Shown here: positions 16,124 to 21,730 of the stretch, in pieces | Layout: each line of letters opens with the position of its first letter | Numbering within the stretch: the first letter of the stretch is position 1 | Assembly (NCBI GenBank): GCA_046497275.1 | Contig: JAWOFX010000013.1 | Location: 1 to 21,730 of the forward strand | DNA length: 21,730 nucleotides | From: Promethearchaeia archaeon | GTDB lineage: Archaea > Asgardarchaeota > Lokiarchaeia > Sigyniarchaeales > SOKP01 | Reading direction: 5' to 3' | Notes under the pieces: model-generated | What the model saw: the letters and a program-made list of their open reading frames with translations, nothing else | Told to the model about the DNA's origin: nothing | Database searches by the model: none | Translations under genes and position numbers: made by a program

Positions 16124-17623
16124 ATGAAAAACTACGACTTTGTGGTAATTGGCTCTGGAGTAGGATTAAGCGTTTTGAATACAGCACTTAATCAGAATTT
16201 GGATTGTGCTCTCATAGAGAACGATAAGATAGGAGGAACATGCTTAACACGAGGATGCATTCCATCAAAAGTTCTTGTATATCCCGCAGATATCATAAGA
16301 GAAGCCCATCATGCGAAAAAAGTTGGTGTTGAATTGAAAACAAAAACTGTCGATTGGGATCTTATTTCAAAAAGAATGTGGAGTCAAATTAATGAAGGTA
16401 AAGAAATGAAGGAGGGGCTTTCTCAGGTATCTAACCTTGATTTATATCTAGGACGCGGTGAATTCACTGATGAATATGAAATGGAAGTCTTCAATAAGGA
16501 AAATGAAAGCATGGGTAACTTCAAAGCTGACAAATATCTGCTTGCATCAGGAGCCCGGTCATTGATCCCCCCGATAGAAGGACTTGAACAGGTCGGTTAC
16601 GTCACAAGTGAAACTTTTTTTGGTGAAAAATTCCCCAAAAAACCATGGAAAAGTCTTATCATAATTGGGGGAGGAATCATAGCGGCTGAATTCGCGCACA
16701 TATTTTCAGCAATGGGAACAGAAGTGGCTATTATTGAGATGTTGCCTCGATTAGTCTCAACAGAGGAACCCGAAATAAGTGAGATTTTAGAACAGAATTA
16801 TCGTCGATTTATGAATGTATTAGTGAATAAAAGAGCTATTAAAGTGAAAAAAGGGAAAACCGTTGTTTACCGTGATACAGAAACAGAAAGCGAAGATGAA
16901 ATATCTGCTGAAGAAATTTTGGTAGCAACTGGGCGAAAATCTAACGCTGATTTGCTAAAAGTGGAAAACACTGGAGTGGAAGTAGATGAGAAACAATGGA
17001 TTAAAACAGATGAATTTCTCCAGACCTCAAAGAAAAATATTTGGTGTATAGGAGATGCGAATGGAAAATATATGTTTAGACACAAGGGAAATTATGAATC
17101 GGAAATAGTCACCTACAATATTTTTGGCCCCGAAGACCAAAAACGAAGGGCAGATTATTCTGCTGTTCCGTGGGCAATTTATAGTTACCCTCAAATCGGC
17201 CATGTGGGTATGACTCAAAAAGAAGCAATTGATAACGGTCATAAAATACTCGTAGCGAAAAAGCGCTATAATTCTGTAGCGAAAGGTTTTGCGATGGGGT
17301 TAGAACAAGGAGATCCCGAGAATGGGATGGTAAAGTTGATAATCGACCAATCTTACAAGATCTTGGGTGCGAATATAATCGGTCCCGCTGCACCTGTGTT
17401 AGTCCAGCAATTTACTTATTTAATGAATTCCGGTTATAGATGTCAAGTACCTGAAGAAGAACCAGCGGATGTTATTCCAAAAGAACAGAGAGCATGTCCC
17501 GAGGCAGGTTCCTTTATGCCCGTGTATAATTCAATGGTTATTCATCCTTCTCTGAATGAGGTTGCTGGCTGGGCTATAGGAAATCTCCAACCAGTTAATA
17601 TTGAACATCATCACCATCATTGA
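16124..17623 (+). CDS. Pyridine nucleotide-disulfide oxidoreductase, class I (dihydrolipoamide dehydrogenase / mycothione reductase-like)
   Basis: GGTCLTRGCIPSK redox-active CxxxxC (C40/C45), GGGIIAAEF NAD(P)H-binding motif, ATGRK, IGD and HPSLNE His-Glu pair. C-terminal HHHHH. Confidence 0.9.
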   Translation: MKNYDFVVIGSGVGLSVLNTALNQNLDCALIENDKIGGTCLTRGCIPSKVLVYPADIIREAHHAKKVGVELKTKTVDWDLISKRMWSQINEGKEMKEGLSQVSNLDLYLGRGEFTDEYEMEVFNKENESMGNFKADKYLLASGARSLIPPIEGLEQVGYVTSETFFGEKFPKKPWKSLIIIGGGIIAAEFAHIFSAMGTEVAIIEMLPRLVSTEEPEISEILEQNYRRFMNVLVNKRAIKVKKGKTVVYRDTETESEDEISAEEILVATGRKSNADLLKVENTGVEVDEKQWIKTDEFLQTSKKNIWCIGDANGKYMFRHKGNYESEIVTYNIFGPEDQKRRADYSAVPWAIYSYPQIGHVGMTQKEAIDNGHKILVAKKRYNSVAKGFAMGLEQGDPENGMVKLIIDQSYKILGANIIGPAAPVLVQQFTYLMNSGYRCQVPEEEPADVIPKEQRACPEAGSFMPVYNSMVIHPSLNEVAGWAIGNLQPVNIEHHHHH

Positions 17624-17887
17624 TAAAATAAAATATAGCTATTTTCTTTTCTTAATCTTTTTTCATTCAAAGGTTGTACAATAGACCAATATTAGGATAT
17701 CAATAAAAATATTCAAATTAATCTAGTATATCACCTCACTCTTTTTGATGAAAATACATTTTCTAACTTTATAAAATCATATACAATTATAAACAAAATT
17801 AAACTTAAATCCTATGAAAAGAAAGAGCAAGATTTATTACCAAAAAAAACAAGATTTGTAAGATAGATATTTTAGAAATTTAATATT

Positions 17888-19141
17888 ATGGCGAGAGAAA
17901 AGGTTATATGGAAATTTTTCGGGAAAAAACTTCTAAGTTATAAAAAGCTGGATTCGGGAGAAATAATAGACACTGGGCTGTTAAATCCTTTAGTAAATAA
18001 ATTTAAGTTAATAATGATGACCTTGGCTGAGGCAAGTTTTTATCGGAAATATAAAAATATGGACAAATGGCGAGGACACAGAGTTGCTAACACTTTTGCC
18101 CCTCCTGTAGGAAGCGGAGCTATGTTTAGAGCTATGAAAGCGATTGTAAAGCAACATATATTCCGACATGCTTATCCTGTAGCAATGACTTTTGCTGTAA
18201 CCTATAAATGTCAATGTAATTGTGTCCATTGTAGCGCGGGAAAACACCAGAAGAAAGGATTTCATGAATTGACAACAAAGGAAGCTAAAAACGTAATCGA
18301 CCAAAGTCAAGATTTAGGAATCTCAATTATAGCCTTTACTGGTGGAGAGCCGCTTCTTCGTCCAGATATTTTTGATCTGATTGCTTATGTGAATAAGAAA
18401 AAGACAGTACCACTCTTATTTACAAATGGACAATATTTAACAGAGGAAAATATAGATAAACTTGTAGAATCAGGACTATATTCTCTTTTTGTAAGTATCG
18501 ACAGTCCTTACCCTAAAGAACATGATAAAGGGCGAAGAATGCCCGGCCTTTTCAATACAGCTATTAATGGATTAAAAATGGCCAAGGAAAAAGGGTTATT
18601 TGTTGGAATTTCCTCATACGCGAGCCGTTCATCTACTGAGAAGGGTATGTATAAGAAAATTCATTCCTTAGCATTTAAACTCGGTCTTCATAATGTTATG
18701 CTTTTCGATTATGTACCTACGGGAAATAAACTCCATGATACACGTGAATTGCTAACACCTTCACAAAGAGAAGAAATTAGGATTTTTTCCCAAAAATTAT
18801 TTGATCATGAAATAATTCCTCCCCTTTCATCACAATCTTGGCAAAATTCGATAGAAGCCTATATTGGAGGCATAGGCTGTTTAGCAGCTCATATTCAATA
18901 TTATATATCTGCATATGGGGAAGTTACACCATGTGATTTTACACCTCTTTCATTTGGTAATATTCGCGAAGAGCCATTAAAGGATATCTGGAAGAGAATG
19001 ATTAAACATCCAGCTTATAATCACAGATGCACATACTGTAGAATGCAAAATCCCAATTTTCGCCATTATTTTATCGATCCAATACCTAATAATGTACCTC
19101 TTCCTTATGATATAAATAATCTCCCATTTTGTGATTATTAA
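17888..19141 (+). CDS. Radical SAM protein with SPASM/twitch-like C-terminal domain
   Basis: CQCNCVHC (CxxxCxxC), FTGGEPLLR, FTNG, VSIDS; C-terminal GC...GEVTPCDF...GNIREEPLKDIW...CTYC. Confidence 0.9.
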   Translation: MAREKVIWKFFGKKLLSYKKLDSGEIIDTGLLNPLVNKFKLIMMTLAEASFYRKYKNMDKWRGHRVANTFAPPVGSGAMFRAMKAIVKQHIFRHAYPVAMTFAVTYKCQCNCVHCSAGKHQKKGFHELTTKEAKNVIDQSQDLGISIIAFTGGEPLLRPDIFDLIAYVNKKKTVPLLFTNGQYLTEENIDKLVESGLYSLFVSIDSPYPKEHDKGRRMPGLFNTAINGLKMAKEKGLFVGISSYASRSSTEKGMYKKIHSLAFKLGLHNVMLFDYVPTGNKLHDTRELLTPSQREEIRIFSQKLFDHEIIPPLSSQSWQNSIEAYIGGIGCLAAHIQYYISAYGEVTPCDFTPLSFGNIREEPLKDIWKRMIKHPAYNHRCTYCRMQNPNFRHYFIDPIPNNVPLPYDINNLPFCDY

Positions 19142-19348
19142 AAATAACCTATAAAATTATCATAGCTAATAAGTTAGCTAAGTATCAGACTATTAGATTT
19201 TAGAATGAGAATTTGCTAAGGGAAGGACAAGCTAGGATGATTTGAATAATAATATTTTAAATCCCCTCATTATTTAAATAAATTAACTATTAATATTTTA
19301 AGGAAGATAATCAATTACCTCAATTAACTGAGCATTTAATTTAAAGAT

Positions 19349-21310
19349 TTGGAAATAATGTTTAACTCAGCAATCGGACAAGTGTTTACTCCGGATTTTG
19401 TTGCCAAATTCATGGTATTAAATCTGATAAAACATTTGAAGCATAAAGCTAATATATCAAATTATTCCTTTAATTTGAAGAATAAATCCGTTTTAGAACC
19501 TGCTGTAGGGGAAGGCGTTTTTTTGAAATATCTATTACAGAATGGATTTTCCGATATCACCGCCTATGAAATAGATCCTCAGCTAAAAGAAAAAATTAAA
19601 AAAAGATATCCGAAGGTTACATTCCATTTTAAAAATGTGTTAAACTCAATCCCAAAAAAAAAATACAATATTGTTATAGGAAATCCTCCTTATCTTGGTC
19701 AAAATTACAATTCTCAAGTTTTCCAAGATTATGTCTCTCAATTCCCTCTCTGCAAAAAATATTTTGTTGGAAATATGGATCTCTTTTATTTTTTTATCCA
19801 TTTAGGTATAGAAGTGCTTAAACCCGGAGGATTCCTCTCATATATAACAACAAAGTATTGGATCACCAAGTCAGAGAAAACAGGAATAAAATATTTGAAA
19901 CCACACATCTTAAATGAATGTTATTTGATAGAGTATATTGATCTTTCGCCACTAAATCTTTTTGAAAATGCTCAAGGGCAAGAAAATTGCATATTCGTCC
20001 TTCAGAAAAAAACTGAAAAGGAGAAATTACTTAATAAAGACAGAGCTATTGATATACTTCAAATAGATGCTAATAGACCTGCAAATAAAATAACCGATCT
20101 TGAGTATAATAAACAAGTTTTTTCTGAATTACTTGAAGATAAAACATCTGAATATTTGAAAAGATATACTTCAGCAACCACTAATAATGATTTGGAGGGA
20201 AATAAATCCTGGAATCTTCTGTATCCTGAAGAAATAAAGCGAATTGTTAATAAGATTGAACGCTTTTGTATGAAGGATGAGCATATATTATATCTAAAAG
20301 ATTATTTTTTTATCCGAAATGGGCTTATTTTCATAAAAGACGAGATCTTTATTTTAAAGGAAGGAGAAAATATACTTTATGAGGATGGTTTGTTTTATCT
20401 TAAAATCAATAATAAATTTGTTAAATTAACACAAAAAGAACAAACGCGATTAAAAAAATTATATAAAAGCAAATCTATTCGTAAATATGGATATAGTCAG
20501 AACGATTACATAAGATATGCATTATATTTTAACAGAAATAAATTAAATCGATTAAGTAATCAAAATCTCGATACTTATTATGAAAGAAACTATCCTAACC
20601 TCACAAAATATTTAAACCAAACCAAGAATCAACTAAAGGCTACTTTAGTAAATGCCAAAGAAAATGAGAACTATTTTTATTTTCCCAGACGTGGAGATAG
20701 AATAAAGCGGAAGAAAAAGAACGGCGAATATAAATTAATTTATCTGGAAGAGTATTATGAAAACAAAAAGAAGATTTTTCTTCCATATATAACCGAAGAA
20801 AATCTTTTTGGGTATTCAGATCAACCCTATTTTGCCACCTCAGATACCTATTTTTTATGGCCGAAAATCCCTGAGGAAGATATTGATTATCCTTTCTTGC
20901 TTGCATATTTGAATTCTGAGATTGTTCAGTTCTTATTTTATGCGAAAAGTATCAAAATTAAGAGAAGTAAAACAAAATTAGAGAATTCATTACCTATCTC
21001 TAATTTAGACCATGAAAGGTTCCGGGACAAAGAGAATCTTATCACTTTAATTAGATTCTTAGGGGAGTTTATGATGGAGATACATATAAAACCTTCCCAA
21101 TTGAACTTAGAAAAGATCTTATCGGATTTGAAGGATCTTAAATATTATAATCGTCCATCCTTACAAAAAGAATATAAAATTCTTAGAAATCTCATAATAA
21201 ACAAACAGAAAAGACTAATTCATTTTTATATCAATTCTCTCTTCCTTAAATTATTCAATTTCAAAAGATCGGAACTAAAAGACTTACTTGATAAATATTA
21301 TTTAACCTAA
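19349..21310 (+). CDS. N6-adenine DNA methyltransferase (gamma class, Eco57I/TaqI-like) with C-terminal specificity-like domain
   Basis: GQVFTP, VLEPAVGEGVF (motif I), IVIGNPPY (motif IV), DLFYFFI, LKPGGFLSYIT and a C-terminal FLLAYLNS segment. The start may be ATG 19358. Confidence 0.88.
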   Translation: MEIMFNSAIGQVFTPDFVAKFMVLNLIKHLKHKANISNYSFNLKNKSVLEPAVGEGVFLKYLLQNGFSDITAYEIDPQLKEKIKKRYPKVTFHFKNVLNSIPKKKYNIVIGNPPYLGQNYNSQVFQDYVSQFPLCKKYFVGNMDLFYFFIHLGIEVLKPGGFLSYITTKYWITKSEKTGIKYLKPHILNECYLIEYIDLSPLNLFENAQGQENCIFVLQKKTEKEKLLNKDRAIDILQIDANRPANKITDLEYNKQVFSELLEDKTSEYLKRYTSATTNNDLEGNKSWNLLYPEEIKRIVNKIERFCMKDEHILYLKDYFFIRNGLIFIKDEIFILKEGENILYEDGLFYLKINNKFVKLTQKEQTRLKKLYKSKSIRKYGYSQNDYIRYALYFNRNKLNRLSNQNLDTYYERNYPNLTKYLNQTKNQLKATLVNAKENENYFYFPRRGDRIKRKKKNGEYKLIYLEEYYENKKKIFLPYITEENLFGYSDQPYFATSDTYFLWPKIPEEDIDYPFLLAYLNSEIVQFLFYAKSIKIKRSKTKLENSLPISNLDHERFRDKENLITLIRFLGEFMMEIHIKPSQLNLEKILSDLKDLKYYNRPSLQKEYKILRNLIINKQKRLIHFYINSLFLKLFNFKRSELKDLLDKYYLT

Positions 21311-21403
21311 TTTTTAATAACATCAATAAAAAGAGATTCACATTAATCATCTTTATTTTGAAACTATAAATTTTAAATATCCTCCTACTAATCCTTTAAT
21401 GAT

Positions 21404-21730
21404 ATGATTGACGAAATCGCATTTATTTTCTTTTTTTCTTGTATTTTACTGTATTCAATATTATTGATTATCAGATTTAGACGAGATACCCCCTTCAAAT
21501 TAACTATTTATAATAAGATTTATGAAGATTGGGTCAAAAATCGATTGGATGGATCTTCAGAGATCTCAACCGTTCAAATTTTGCGTAATATGCAGGTAGG
21601 AAATTCCACCTTAATATCCGCGTTGTTTATATTACTTGGAATTTTATTAGGATTTTATAATACATCATTTTTAGATACATCTGCCTTCTTTTGGATTGAA
21701 GAATTAGAATTAGGATTGGTTAAAATCACA
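21404..21730 (+). CDS. DUF599-like membrane protein, N-terminal part (runs off window)
   Basis: Open to the window end: MIDEIAFIFFFSCILLYSILLIIRF...WVKNRL...STVQILRNMQVGNSTLISALFILLG. W...VQxLRN...ST resembles the DUF599 pattern. Not in the supplied track. Confidence 0.7.
   Translation, partial: MIDEIAFIFFFSCILLYSILLIIRFRRDTPFKLTIYNKIYEDWVKNRLDGSSEISTVQILRNMQVGNSTLISALFILLGILLGFYNTSFLDTSAFFWIEELELGLVKIT

Noticed and set aside
16124-17623. Mercuric reductase (merA) call
   Set aside because: No terminal Cys-Cys pair, no N-terminal heavy-metal domain and no mer genes nearby.
19163-19180. Inverted repeat TAGCTAA-TAAG-TTAGCTA after the radical SAM gene
   Set aside because: A single 7-bp stem in AT-rich DNA that could arise by chance; no second copy seen.
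12602-20906. Track ORFs 12602..12808, 12618..12815, 13537..13737, 14308..14532, 16867..17085, 17027..17242, 17109..17393, 18008..18310 and 20640..20906
   Set aside because: Shadow ORFs overlapping real genes.
1-21730. rRNA, tRNA, CRISPR array, transposase/integrase or prophage genes
   Set aside because: No GC-rich structured stretch, no repeat-spacer periodicity and no mobile-element motifs were seen.

Overview
AT-rich archaeal chromosomal window, most likely from an Asgard archaeon (Lokiarchaeia/Promethearchaeota-like). This is inferred from a Rab-like small GTPase, an Lrp/AsnC regulator, an HdrBC module, oligo-T tracts after genes and the overall composition. The main theme is one-carbon/methyl metabolism: a hdrC(partial)-hdrB-metV-metF cluster, then an Lrp regulator, a likely operon of FAD oxidoreductase + non-pyrrolysine MttB-family methyltransferase + MFS transporter, and about 11 kb downstream a second paralogous metV-metF pair followed by a dihydrolipoamide dehydrogenase/mycothione reductase-like flavoprotein. 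Also present are an MBL-fold hydrolase, two small hypothetical proteins, a Rab-like protein with degenerate nucleotide-binding motifs, a membrane protein gene broken by an in-frame TAA and a frameshift, an ICMT/PEMT-family membrane methyltransferase, a radical SAM protein, an apparently orphan N6-adenine DNA methyltransferase and the start of a DUF599-like gene. I saw no rRNA, tRNA, CRISPR array or mobile element. All family calls come from motif recognition by eye, not database searches.
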